Position numbers and translations under genes: made by a program
The notes under the pieces: model-generated
The model's input: only the letters and a program-made list of their open reading frames with translations
Told to the model about the DNA's origin: nothing
Databases searched by the model: none
Part shown: piece by piece, positions 37,647-47,677 of the stretch
Layout of the letters: the number at the start of each line of letters is the position of its first letter
Numbering within the stretch: the first letter of the stretch is position 1
NCBI GenBank assembly: GCA_043800335.1
Contig: JAZDNC010000037.1
Span: 1-55,313 of the forward strand
Source: Chloroflexota bacterium
Lineage (GTDB): Bacteria > Chloroflexota > Dehalococcoidia > Dehalococcoidales > JAZDNC01
DNA length: 55,313 bases
Direction of reading: 5' to 3'

Positions 37647-40600
37647 TTAGGATATTGTATTTAGTATCTCCTCCAGTAGTCCCATCCACTCTGCCCCCAG
37701 ACGCCTCCGGGAGTTTATCCTTAGCTCGCTTGCCGTGAATCTGATACCATATTTCAGGAAAGGCTCCAGCTTCTTCGGGTCAAACTTCATCCCTTCGAGA
37801 AGCCTGACCACGATGAACCCCGGCTCACTCACGATTGACTCAATTCCCACAGGGGTCGCAAGTAGCTTTATCTTCACCGCGTAGAGCAGGTTCTTTACCG
37901 CCTGGGGCGGTTTGCCGAAGCGGTCAGTAAGCTCGCTCTCAAAGTCGGCAAGCGCAGAGACCTTGTCCATCCGGGTCAGGCGCTGGTATAAATCAAGCCG
38001 GCTGTCGATATCGGTTACATAGTCCTCGGGGATAGAGACAGTAAAGGGGAGGTCAATTTTGGTCTGGGGTAGTCTCTCGGTCTTCACCGGCTCAACCTTC
38101 TCCCCCGCCCGCTGCATCTTCTCCCTCTCGATGGCGTCAGAGAGCATCTGGCAGTAGAGTTCGTAGCCCACCGCGCTCACAAACCCGCTCTGCTCCGTCC
38201 CCAGGAGCGTGCCCGCCCCCCGTATTTCCAGGTCTTTCATGGCGATGTCAAAACCAGCACCGAGGGCTGAGGCTTCCAGGATGGTGCGCAGACGCTTCGC
38301 GGCGCTTTCCGTCATCTTACCGTCACGCTCAAAGAGAAAGTAGGCATAGGCAAGCTCGCTCCCCCGCCCGACTCTGCCCCGGAGCTGATAGAGCTGGGCC
38401 AAGCCGAATTTGTCGGCACGGTTCACGATTAAGGTGTTGACGCTGGGCATGTCCAGCCCCGACTCGATGATGGTGGTGGCGATGAGGACGTCATATTTAC
38501 GCAGGACAAAGTCCCGCATGACCCGCTCAAGCTCGTCCTCGGGCATCTGCCCGTGGGCGACGGCGAATCTGGCTTCGGGGACGAGGGCTTTCAATTTTGC
38601 GGCAATGGTGGCGATAGACTCCACGCGGTTATGGACGAAGAAGGCCTGCCCCTTGCGTGCCATCTCCCTCAGTATGGCATCCCTGACCAGCCGGTCATCA
38701 TACTCGGCGACGAAGCTCTTGATAGGGAGCCTGTCCTCGGGCGGTGTCTCCATCATGCTGACGTCCCTCACCCCGGTGAGCGACATGTGGAGGGTGCGCG
38801 GGATGGGGGTGGCGCTCAGGGTGAGCACGGCGACCTCTTTGCGGAGCTGTTTTAAGTGCTCCTTGTGCCTCACGCCGAAGCGGTGCTCCTCGTCAATTAC
38901 GACCAGCCCCAAATCCTTAAAAACGACGTCCTTCTGGAGAAGACGGTGCGTCCCGATGACGATGTCAACCGTGCCCTCTTTGAGCCCTTTTATCACCTCG
39001 GACTGCTCTTTTTTGGGGCGGAACCGGCTGAGCGACTCAATTTTAACCGGGAAGGCTTCCAGCCTCTGCCGGAAGGTGAGAAGGTGCTGTTCGGCAAGAA
39101 TGGTTGTCGGTACGAGAACCGTAACCTGCTTACCGTCCATGACCGCCTTGAAGGCAGCCCTCACCGCCACCTCGGTCTTGCCGTAGCCGACATCGCCGCA
39201 GACGAGCCGGTCTACGGGCTTACCCCGCTCCATGTCGGCTTTGACCTCTCTTATCGTGCGGAGCTGGTCGGGGGTCTCAACGTAGGGGAAGGAAGCCTCA
39301 AGCTCCTCCTGCCAGACCCTGTCGCCGGAGAACTGGAAACCCGGGACGACCTCGCGGGTGGCGTAAAGCTCAAGCAGTTCCCTCGCGACCGCCTCGGCCT
39401 CTTTTTTGACTTTCTCCTTGGTGCGGTGCCACTCCTGTGTACCCAGACGGCTCAGGACCGGCGACTCTTCGCCGCCCCCGACATAGCGGGCGACCCGGTC
39501 TATCTGGTCGGTAGGGACGTAGAGCTTGTCACCTGAGGCGTACTGCAGGATGAGGTATTCCCGCGCGCTATCTCCGTTCATCCGGGTTACCCCCAGAAAC
39601 CGGCTGATGCCGTGCTCAATATGCACCACATAGTCCCCGGGCTTGAAGTTGGTGAGGGGCTTGGGCCTGGCGGCGAAATGTCTTCTCACGAAGTGCCCGG
39701 CTTTGACGAAGCCGAAGATTTCGGCATCGGTGAAGAGATAGGTCTCGTTATCCAGTACCCAGCCCGATGCCAGCTGTCCCTGAACCAGGGTGAGCGAGCT
39801 GACCAGCGGAGCCTCCTTGATTTCGGTGAGGGCTGGGGCGATGACATCGGCTTCACCGAAAAGCTCGCTTAATCGTGCCGACTGCTGGCTCACCACGACA
39901 ATACGCTTCTTCTCGCGGATGAGCTGTTTTGCCCGCTGGATAAAAACGGGTAGCTGTCCGGCAAAGGACGGAACAAGGCTGAAGCCAGACTTTATTATCT
40001 CACTATCCCCGGCGACACCGAACTCGGCAAGCTCAAGGCGTTTCATTGAGTTTAGCCCGGCGGCAAGCTCAGCCCAGCCCCGGTACGGCTCAGGGGAGTT
40101 CGGAGGAATTTCGCCCAGCTTTACCTTTTCCGCGAAAATCTCTACCGATTCTTTATCCAGCTTTTCGCCAGTTAGACTGACCAGCGAGGGTTCATCAAGT
40201 ACAACAAGGGTCTTTGGCGCAAGGTAGTCGAGAAGGCTACCCTCGTTAAAAAGCGGGGCATAAAAGGCGAGGTTCTCGGGCGTCTCCCCGTTCAGCATCA
40301 TGGCAATTTCCTCTCGGTAGGACTCTTTGAGGTCGGGACTGACCCCGCTCAGGTCGAGCTTGCCAAAAATTTCCTCCATCTCTGTCCTGTCTTTTTGATA
40401 CGGAGCCAGCACCTCTCTCGCCGGGGAGATAAATACCGAGTCGGCTTCATTCAGGGAGCGCTGGTTCGCCGGGTCAAAGAGGCGGATGCTCTCAATAGTG
40501 TTACCGAAGAACTCAAGTCGCGCCGGAAGTTCACCCGCTGGGGGGAAGATGTCCAGTATCCCGCCGCGGTGGCTCATCTGGCCGGGGGCGGTAACGGTAG

Positions 40601-41105
40601 CGGTCATCTCGTAGCCCAGCTTCTGCCAGCGGCTCAGGAGACTGAAAAGGTCAATTGCTGTATCTGTTTCTACGGTATGGCAGGCTGAGACATAGTCCTG
40701 ATAAGACATCACCTTCTGCCTTAAAGCAGAGACCGAAGTAACGATGAGGAGTGGTTTTGACTCGTTTCCGGCGAGAGCGGCGAGGACACCGAGCCTCTCG
40801 TATTCGCCCAGAGTGTCGGTAGCAAGCCGCTGGTAGGGGGGGCTATCGGGTGGGGGGAAAAGCGTTACTTTATTTGGGCTAAGCCACGAGTTAATCTGCT
40901 CGTGTAGCCTCCGGCTCTCATCCGCCTCGGCGGTAACCAGAAGTAACGGTAACTTCAGTTCCCCGTACAGGGCACTGATTAGATAGGGCTTAGCCCCATT
41001 GAGCACCTCTGCTCGAGCGAGACCATTCTGTGCTTTTACTTCCTTGACTAGCCGGCGGAAGAGGGTAGTGCCCGCGACCAGACCGGTCAGATTCCTTGTG
41101 TCCAA
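37647..41105 (-). CDS. mfd: Transcription-repair coupling factor
   Basis: RGGILDIF, DYVVHIEHG, CGDVGYGKTEVA, DEEH, TLSATPIPRTL, YQLRGRVGR. Confidence 0.96.
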   Translation of the reverse strand: MDTRNLTGLVAGTTLFRRLVKEVKAQNGLARAEVLNGAKPYLISALYGELKLPLLLVTAEADESRRLHEQINSWLSPNKVTLFPPPDSPPYQRLATDTLGEYERLGVLAALAGNESKPLLIVTSVSALRQKVMSYQDYVSACHTVETDTAIDLFSLLSRWQKLGYEMTATVTAPGQMSHRGGILDIFPPAGELPARLEFFGNTIESIRLFDPANQRSLNEADSVFISPAREVLAPYQKDRTEMEEIFGKLDLSGVSPDLKESYREEIAMMLNGETPENLAFYAPLFNEGSLLDYLAPKTLVVLDEPSLVSLTGEKLDKESVEIFAEKVKLGEIPPNSPEPYRGWAELAAGLNSMKRLELAEFGVAGDSEIIKSGFSLVPSFAGQLPVFIQRAKQLIREKKRIVVVSQQSARLSELFGEADVIAPALTEIKEAPLVSSLTLVQGQLASGWVLDNETYLFTDAEIFGFVKAGHFVRRHFAARPKPLTNFKPGDYVVHIEHGISRFLGVTRMNGDSAREYLILQYASGDKLYVPTDQIDRVARYVGGGEESPVLSRLGTQEWHRTKEKVKKEAEAVARELLELYATREVVPGFQFSGDRVWQEELEASFPYVETPDQLRTIREVKADMERGKPVDRLVCGDVGYGKTEVAVRAAFKAVMDGKQVTVLVPTTILAEQHLLTFRQRLEAFPVKIESLSRFRPKKEQSEVIKGLKEGTVDIVIGTHRLLQKDVVFKDLGLVVIDEEHRFGVRHKEHLKQLRKEVAVLTLSATPIPRTLHMSLTGVRDVSMMETPPEDRLPIKSFVAEYDDRLVRDAILREMARKGQAFFVHNRVESIATIAAKLKALVPEARFAVAHGQMPEDELERVMRDFVLRKYDVLIATTIIESGLDMPSVNTLIVNRADKFGLAQLYQLRGRVGRGSELAYAYFLFERDGKMTESAAKRLRTILEASALGAGFDIAMKDLEIRGAGTLLGTEQSGFVSAVGYELYCQMLSDAIEREKMQRAGEKVEPVKTERLPQTKIDLPFTVSIPEDYVTDIDSRLDLYQRLTRMDKVSALADFESELTDRFGKPPQAVKNLLYAVKIKLLATPVGIESIVSEPGFIVVRLLEGMKFDPKKLEPFLKYGIRFTASELRINSRRRLGAEWMGLLEEILNTIS

Positions 41106-41225
41106 GTTTTCTCCAAACACTCAAGGGGCTAGCCATAACGGACTAGCCCATCAAAGCCAATTTTAGCATCTCAGGCTTTCAGCGAGCAACCACCTGCGGT
41201 GAGGTATTGTTCGCTATTAGCCGGT

Positions 41226-41257
41226 GTCATTGTGAGGGCGCTAGCCTGAAGCAGTCC
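41226..41257. repeat. Degenerate GTCATTG-family palindromic repeat
   Basis: GTCATTGTGAGGGCGCTAGCCTGAAGCAGTCC. Confidence 0.55.
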
Positions 41258-41346
41258 GTCTACCCTGTCTGACGATAGCCATCCTTCTCTTTTGTGAACT
41301 CCAGTCTTGTGCTACAATTACCGCTACCAGAGCACGGAGGTTTGTC

Positions 41347-42393
41347 ATGGCTAAGACCAGAGTTGGTATTATCGCCGTCACCGGCTACGCCGGCATGGAA
41401 CTGGCAAGACTGCTTTACCACCACCCCGAGGTAGAACTCACCTCGGTCTCGGGAAGGAGCGCCGCCGGTCAGAAGCTCTCAGATGTCTTTCCCCATCTTC
41501 CCGATAGCGGCCTAACTGTTACCGCCGAGCTTGAGCCAGACAAGGTTGACGTCATCTTCGCCGCCATGCCCCACAAAGAGAGCGCCGAAATCCTGGCGCC
41601 GCTGGCGAGAAAAGGTTTTCGAGTAATTGACCTGAGCGCCGATTTCCGCCTAAAGGACCCGAAGCTATACGAGACATGGTACGGCTTTACCCACCCCGCC
41701 CCCGACCTGCTCAAGGAGGCGGTCTTCGGACTGACCGAGCTTTACAAACCCCAGATTGCCCGGGCGAAGCTTATCGCCAACCCCGGCTGTTACCCGACCT
41801 CGGCAATCCTGGCTCTCGCCCCGGCGCTCAGAGAGGGGCTGATTCAGGGCGACATCATCATTGACTCCAAGTCCGGGGTCTCCGGCGCCGGAAGAGGGCT
41901 GAGCCTGAGCGCACACTTCAGCGAGGTCAACGAGGACGTGTCTGCCTATTCCTTGGGCGGGCACCGGCACCTGCCCGAGATTACCCAGGAGCTTGCCTTG
42001 CTCAACCCGAAACTCCCGCTAAAGGTCACCTTCGTCCCCCACCTCATCCCGATGATTCGGGGTATCCTGACCACGGTCTACGCCCCCCTCGCCCCGGGCA
42101 AGATTGGCGCGGGTAAGGAGGGTAAGAAGGCACTCCTGGAGCTTTATAAGGATTTCTATAAGAACGAGCCATTTGTTCGTGTCCTTGGCACCCCGCCCCA
42201 CACCAAGTACACCTCGGGCAGCAACTACTGTATCATTCACCCCACCGCCGACGAGAGGACGGGGAGGCTCATCGTGGTTAGCGTGCTGGATAATCTGGTC
42301 AAGGGGGCCTCGGGACAGGCAATCCAGAACATGAACGTCATGCTGGGCTATCCCGAGACCATAGCGGTAGATGGTCTGGGGCTTTACCCCTAG
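41347..42393 (+). CDS. argC: N-acetyl-gamma-glutamyl-phosphate reductase
   Basis: TGYAG, IDLSADFRL, IANPGCYPT, SGVSGAG, DNLVKGASGQA. Confidence 0.96.
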   Translation: MAKTRVGIIAVTGYAGMELARLLYHHPEVELTSVSGRSAAGQKLSDVFPHLPDSGLTVTAELEPDKVDVIFAAMPHKESAEILAPLARKGFRVIDLSADFRLKDPKLYETWYGFTHPAPDLLKEAVFGLTELYKPQIARAKLIANPGCYPTSAILALAPALREGLIQGDIIIDSKSGVSGAGRGLSLSAHFSEVNEDVSAYSLGGHRHLPEITQELALLNPKLPLKVTFVPHLIPMIRGILTTVYAPLAPGKIGAGKEGKKALLELYKDFYKNEPFVRVLGTPPHTKYTSGSNYCIIHPTADERTGRLIVVSVLDNLVKGASGQAIQNMNVMLGYPETIAVDGLGLYP

Positions 42394-42450
42394 CTTATCA
42401 TCGAAGCTGAATTCTTCCTTTCTGGCTATGCTTAGATTGAGCTTGGACTC

Positions 42451-43700
42451 ATGAGAAGAGCATCTGACCCAAGGCTTGGCTTCATCGGTTACCTGAAGCT
42501 GACGGTAATGGGCTTTGCCCTCTCCGCCCTGTGGAGCAGTCTCCACGCCATCGTCCTGCCGATGAGGCTCCTTGACCTAGTGGCTGAAACCCGAAAAAAC
42601 AGCTACCTGGGACTGCTCACCTTTAGCGGTCTCGTTGTTGCCATGGTGACCCAGCCCCTTGTCGGGGCGCTGAGCGACCGCACCCGCTTCACCTTCGGCA
42701 GGCGGCGTCCCTATCTTCTCACAGGAACGGTGCTCGCTTTGCTCATCCTGCCCTTTCTGGGTCTCGCCGGGAGCTATTTCGCCCTTTTTCTGAGCTACCT
42801 CTTTCTCCAGTTTGCGACCAACACGGCACAGGCGCCCTACCAGGCTTTCATCCCCGAGCTGGTGCCCTCAGCCGAGCGGGGGCGTGCCTCTGGGGTCAAG
42901 AGCATGCTTGAAATACTGGGCGGGGTCGTCCTTCTCTACCCGGTAGCCCGTCTCATGGATGACTATGCCACAACTCATGAAAGCTCAGGGCTTTTTTTCT
43001 CTCTGGGTATGATGGGGGCGCTCATCTTGATTGCGGGTGTGGTCACGGTTACCCTGATTGAGGAGACACTGCCAGCCGAGAAAATCCATGGCATCCCGGG
43101 CTTAAGAAGCTACCTTAAGACCAGGCTGTGGCGTGACACCGGACTAAGGTATTATCTTCTCTCCCGGCTCCTTTTTTTCTCGCCTTCACCACCATCCAGA
43201 CTTTCGCCCTGTATTTTCTCCGTGATGTGGTCGGGGTGAAAAGTCCGGCAACGGCAACCGCCAGCTTCTCCGCCCCGGCGGTTTTGGGGATGCTACTCAG
43301 TGCCTACCCCGCCGGCGGGCTCTCTGACCGTCTGGGACGCCGACCGGTGGGGGTCTTCTCCGGGCTTCTGGGCGCCGGAGGGGTCTTGCTCATCTTGTTC
43401 TTCAGGGGGAACTACTTCCTGGTTATCACGGCGGCGGGACTTCTGGGCATTGCCTTCGGCACTTTCCTCTCTGCTAACTGGGCTCTTGCCACCGACCTGG
43501 TGAGGAGCGGTGAGGAGGGGAGTTATCTGAGGCTCTGCAACATGGCTAGCGCCGCCGGCTCGGCTTTAGCCCGACCCATCGGGCTTCTGATTGACCTCTT
43601 TAACGGCGTGAGGGCGAACTCAGGCTATCTGGTGATGCTCTCTATCTGCCTGATTTCCCTGCTTCTCAGTTCCTTCCTCTTAGCCAAGCAGCTTAAGTAA
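42451..43700 (+). pseudogene. MFS transporter split by a frameshift in a T7 run (pseudogene, phase variant or sequence error)
   Basis: MFS motif GALSDRT..GRRRPY in ORF 42451..43239 and GGLSDRLGRR in ORF 43227..43700; one extra T at 43172-43178 joins the frames (LLFFLAFTTIQTFALYFLRDVVG). Confidence 0.8.
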
Positions 43701-44273
43701 GGCTTCCCAGCCCCTGGCGCCAGCATAGGCAGCAACGATATAGAGCAGCGTCCGTCCCAGCCAGCAGGCGATGAGGAACTTCCGCAGAGGAAAGCGCAGT
43801 GCACCGGCGGCGATGCCCGCCAGGTCAAAGAAGAAAGGGGCGGCGGAGAAGACGAAGATGATGGGGGAACCCCACTTCCTGACCCAGCCCTCCACCCTTA
43901 AGTAAAGATTCCCTCTATTTTTCGCTAAAAGCTGTCTGCCGCTAGCTCCCGCCAGATAGCCGGATAGCTCCCCGAGGGCGGCGCCGCTGCCGGCGGCGAG
44001 TCCCACCAGGAGAGGCAGGGGCATCAGCGCCCCGAGGGCGGCGACCACGAAGATGTTACCGGCGGGAAGTATGACCGAGGCGTTAAAAAGGAGACTCAGG
44101 AGGAAAGCCCCCAGGTAGCCCAGGTTCTTGAGCGCCTCAAGTCTTTTGGAGTAGCGCCGGGATAGGAAGAAGATGGTCAGGGAAATAGCGATGATTAGTA
44201 AGAGGGTCAAGAGAGGGACAAGGTTCTGCCTGAGCCAGCCCTGCTTTTTCTCCTCGGGAGCTTCGCTTGCCAT
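43680..44273 (-). CDS. DedA/VTT (SNARE-associated) family membrane protein
   Basis: GAALGELSGYLAG, FFDLAGIAAGALR..FL..WLGR. Confidence 0.85.
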   Translation of the reverse strand: MASEAPEEKKQGWLRQNLVPLLTLLLIIAISLTIFFLSRRYSKRLEALKNLGYLGAFLLSLLFNASVILPAGNIFVVAALGALMPLPLLVGLAAGSGAALGELSGYLAGASGRQLLAKNRGNLYLRVEGWVRKWGSPIIFVFSAAPFFFDLAGIAAGALRFPLRKFLIACWLGRTLLYIVAAYAGARGWEALLKLLG

Positions 44274-44459
44274 CTGGGAGAATTATAACACACCGCTACG
44301 GGAACGGATTCGCTATCAACTGAAATTGAGGGAATCTGAGAGACCGTTCAACCATTCGTTTCTCTCGTTCCGAGCAAGATTGGCTAAAACCAACTTGCCT
44401 TGTTTTCTCTTTAGCTTACAGCTATAATATTTCGCATTATGTCTGAGGGAGATTAGGCT

Positions 44460-45377
44460 ATGCCGTCATACGCTTATTTTCAGAAGAAGTTCATGCCCCT
44501 CGCCGATGCCAAGATGGGCATCATGACCAACTCAATCCATTACGGCACGGCGCTCTTCGAGGGTATCCGGGGCAACTGGAACGGCGAGCAGGGGCAGACT
44601 TATCTTTTCCGTGTCGCGGAGCATTACCAGAGGCTGCTCAATGGCTGTAAGGCGCTCAAGATGGACATCCCCTACACCGTTCAGGAGCTCTGCGAGATTA
44701 CCTTGAAACTGGTTAACATGTGTGGTCTGAAGGAGGATGTCTACATCCGCCCGCTGGCTTACAAGTCAACCGAAGCCCTCGGTGTCCGTCTGCACAACCT
44801 TGAAGCCGACTTTCTGGTCTTTCTCATCCCCTGGGGGCGCTACCTTGATGTTGATGCCGCCCGCTGCTGTGTGTCCAGCTGGCGGCGTCCCGACGACAAC
44901 GCTATCCCGCCGCAGTTCAAATTTACCGGTATCTATGTGAACAATGCCTTTGCCAAGACCGAGGCGGTGGACAACGGCTTTGACGAGGCAATCATGCTGA
45001 CCCCGGACGGGCATGTCTCCGAGGGCAGCGGTGAGAACATCTTCCTGGTGATTAACGGAAGGCTGGTGACCCCCTCCCTCTCAAGCAGTATTCTCCCCGG
45101 CATTACCCGGGCGACCACCATGGAGCTGGCGAAGAAGGAGCTGGGTGTTGAAACCGAGGAGAGACTGGTTGACCGGGGCGAACTTTACACCTGCGATGAG
45201 TGTTTCCTGACCGGTACCGCCGCCCACCTCACTCCCGTTGCCGAGATAGACCACCGCAAGGTAGGTAAGGGAGGAGTCGGCCCCGTCACGGCCAAGCTCC
45301 AGAAGCTCTACTTTGACGTCATTAAAGGCAACAATCCGAAGTATGCCCACTGGCTCACGCCAGTCTACAAGAAGTAA
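44460..45377 (+). CDS. ilvE: Branched-chain amino acid aminotransferase
   Basis: HYGTALFEGIR, YIRP, EGSGENIF, ILPGITR, FLTGTAA. Confidence 0.93.
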   Translation: MPSYAYFQKKFMPLADAKMGIMTNSIHYGTALFEGIRGNWNGEQGQTYLFRVAEHYQRLLNGCKALKMDIPYTVQELCEITLKLVNMCGLKEDVYIRPLAYKSTEALGVRLHNLEADFLVFLIPWGRYLDVDAARCCVSSWRRPDDNAIPPQFKFTGIYVNNAFAKTEAVDNGFDEAIMLTPDGHVSEGSGENIFLVINGRLVTPSLSSSILPGITRATTMELAKKELGVETEERLVDRGELYTCDECFLTGTAAHLTPVAEIDHRKVGKGGVGPVTAKLQKLYFDVIKGNNPKYAHWLTPVYKK

Positions 45378-45386
45378 GTCTTAGTG

Positions 45387-45854
45387 TTAAAGTAAGTACC
45401 CTTGCTGAGAGGGACCCTGCTTTGTCTTTGATTGGAGCGCATCTGTCTTAGCTTGAAGCGCTATTATTGGTGGTATCTGGCTCCACGGTCTAATACGGCT
45501 GCCTCTGCTATAAGAGACGCTAATAATTGAGGGTTCGTTATGTGCAGCTTCTCTCCACATTTGGGCATCTCGCAGAATAACTTGCACCATCTGTTGCCAA
45601 TCCCGAGGAGTGGAATTTTTCCACCTTAGCAACACTATGGTTAATCCGTTCTGTGCGAACTGATAGAGATAAGCTTGAGAAGGGATGCCCAAATCCAAGG
45701 TTATCAATATCCGCTTCTGTAGTAAGCCTACCCCCATAACGGAAGGGTCGCCCGTCTCCTTTGTCACTTCCTTAACACGGACAATATCGAACTTGACTGC
45801 CAGAAGTGCTTGCACGACGGGGTCATATACGTTGTGGTCTGCTATAAAGCTCAA
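45387..45854 (-). CDS. DUF5615/PIN-like putative toxin
   Basis: FIADHNV, D..V, RILITLD pattern; 4-bp overlap with the upstream DUF433 gene; AT-rich. Confidence 0.65.
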   Translation of the reverse strand: MSFIADHNVYDPVVQALLAVKFDIVRVKEVTKETGDPSVMGVGLLQKRILITLDLGIPSQAYLYQFAQNGLTIVLLRWKNSTPRDWQQMVQVILRDAQMWREAAHNEPSIISVSYSRGSRIRPWSQIPPIIALQAKTDALQSKTKQGPSQQGYLL

Positions 45855-46483
45855 GCTGCTACTAAAAACTCCTCGTAAGCTACTGCACCTTTAATTTGGG
45901 CATCCGTTAAATCAGGGTAAGCCTGTTTAGGGTCTTGTCCTTGTTTTTCCATTGAACGTATGATTGTGGTAGGGATTCTCGTTCCCTTTACAACAGGGCT
46001 GCCTCCTAACACATCTGGATTTACTTCCACATACCGGAATCTGTTTGGAACTAATTCTTTTTTTAACTCTTCGATTAGCTCTGGGAAGAAAACCACCTCC
46101 ATTTTTTGAGGCCCTTTAGATGCGGCGATGGGATTCCATTCTGGCTTTCCTGGTAATAAGGCAACAATTACATTGGCATCTATACAAATAGTTGCCTTCG
46201 TCCAAGCGTATGGGTCTCCTCCAGACATGATTGAAATGGTGTCAAGTGCTTTCTTGATGACCTTAGTGCGAAACCCTTTATCTCTCAGACGTTTAATCAA
46301 ACGTATGAGTAACAGGTCATAATATGAATAGATGTTCTCAGTTCTCTTCCCAAATTGAATTTGGAAAATCGGATGAACAAGATTGGCTTTCGCCCATGCT
46401 TGAAAATGCTGGGGGCGAATCCTAGCAATTCGTGCAGCAATCTTCGGAGAATAAAGACCTTTGCCTTTGATATTTACTTCCAT
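45851..46483 (-). CDS. MerR-like HTH plus DUF433 putative antitoxin
   Basis: N-terminal YS..IAARIA..YSYYDLL; C-terminal VNPDVLGGSPVVKGTRIP...YPDLTDAQI..AVAYE. Confidence 0.8.
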   Translation of the reverse strand: MEVNIKGKGLYSPKIAARIARIRPQHFQAWAKANLVHPIFQIQFGKRTENIYSYYDLLLIRLIKRLRDKGFRTKVIKKALDTISIMSGGDPYAWTKATICIDANVIVALLPGKPEWNPIAASKGPQKMEVVFFPELIEELKKELVPNRFRYVEVNPDVLGGSPVVKGTRIPTTIIRSMEKQGQDPKQAYPDLTDAQIKGAVAYEEFLVAA

Positions 46484-46574
46484 GCTCCCTCCTTCCCTGC
46501 CCCAAAACTACCCTTAAGTAATATCCAAAATCTACTTGTTGTCAAGGGCATTTCCATAAGAGCCCCCCCATTTT

Positions 46575-47201
46575 TCAGAGCTGTCTGATGACTGCAACCA
46601 GCCGTCCCTGGATTTCAACATTAGCCGGGGCGGTGTATATCGGCTTCATCTGGCTATTGGCGGGCTGAAGCCTCAGGCGACCGCCCTCAAGATAAACCTT
46701 TTTAAGAGTGACCTCTTTTTCCTGCCTGAGCCAGACGGCGGCGGTCTCCCCGTTCTCCACGGTGTTTGCCGTCTGTAAGAGGACGATGTCGCCGTCGTTG
46801 ATAAGCTCATCAATCATCGAGGTGCCCTTTACCCTTAGGGCATAGATGTCCTTTTGTCCCCGAGCCAGGTCATCGGTGACCTCAATGGTGTCAGTGGCAA
46901 CTGTGCTGAACGTGTCCGAATTGGGCACCGGAATTGGCTTACCGGCGGCAATCTCGCCGATGAGAGGCACCAGGTGTTTCACGACACCCCTGTCCAGAAG
47001 TTCGATGCCGCGAGAGACCTCGTGGTGACGGCGTAAATAGCCCATCTTTTCCAGAAGGTTGAGGTTGTAGTTAGCCACCGAGGTCGAGCTAATCTCACAG
47101 CCTTTCACGATGTCCCGGATGCTGGGCGGGAAACCCCACTTCCTCTGAAAACCACGGATGAAATTCAGGATTCTCTCCTGCCGTGCCGAGAGGGCTTTCA
47201 T
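46575..47201 (-). CDS. lexA: SOS repressor LexA
   Basis: GFPPSIRDI, IAAG cleavage site, VKGTSM (Ser), VTLKK (Lys); ATG at 47201. Confidence 0.95.
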   Translation of the reverse strand: MKALSARQERILNFIRGFQRKWGFPPSIRDIVKGCEISSTSVANYNLNLLEKMGYLRRHHEVSRGIELLDRGVVKHLVPLIGEIAAGKPIPVPNSDTFSTVATDTIEVTDDLARGQKDIYALRVKGTSMIDELINDGDIVLLQTANTVENGETAAVWLRQEKEVTLKKVYLEGGRLRLQPANSQMKPIYTAPANVEIQGRLVAVIRQL

Positions 47202-47219
47202 CTTCTTCCCCTGTAGAGC

Positions 47220-47231
47220 GAACATTTGTTC
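47220..47231 (-). promoter_or_regulatory. LexA operator (GAAC-N4-GTTC)
   Basis: GAACATTTGTTC between the TTGACA/TATTCT promoter and the lexA ATG. Confidence 0.85.
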
Positions 47232-47296
47232 TTTTAAGAATAAGCTAAGCGACAGAGTTTTGTCAAGATGATCTTGGCTTGGAGGAGTCGAATTAC

Positions 47297-47534
47297 CATT
47301 GCGAGCGAAAAAGCAATCCGTAACCCCTTCGTCGGACGCCTGAGACCGCACCCTTCGACAGGCTCAGGGTGAGCGGAAAAACCAGAAATCACTCATGGCG
47401 AGTCTGGAAAGCCACTCATTGCGACGCTAAAAATCCGCTCATGGTGAGCCTTCGGCGTGGTTCCACTGAGTCACCACGAAGTGAGACCTCGGCGTGAGCC
47501 CGGTCGAACGCTCAGTCGAACGCTGGTCGAACCA
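47297..47534. repeat. Cluster of palindromic repeats including nested repeat copy B (47441..47533)
   Basis: CATTGCGAGCGAAAAAGCAATCC; CACCCTTCGACAGGCTCAGGGTGAGCGG; nested unit matching 6462..6581. Confidence 0.85.
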
Positions 47535-47677
47535 TTGTAGTAAGGGATATTTTACCTTTGATAGCCCAGGGTCGAACGAAGCCAACTGCCGGCCCGTTAG
47601 CCTAGACAGGTGTATCGTCGGCTACGAACGGCGCATTATTGTCGGCAGATGGGGATAGTGGTATACTACCTGAAGTT

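Noticed and set aside
38410-40688. Plus-strand ORFs opposite mfd
   Set aside because: Shadow ORFs with no recognisable features
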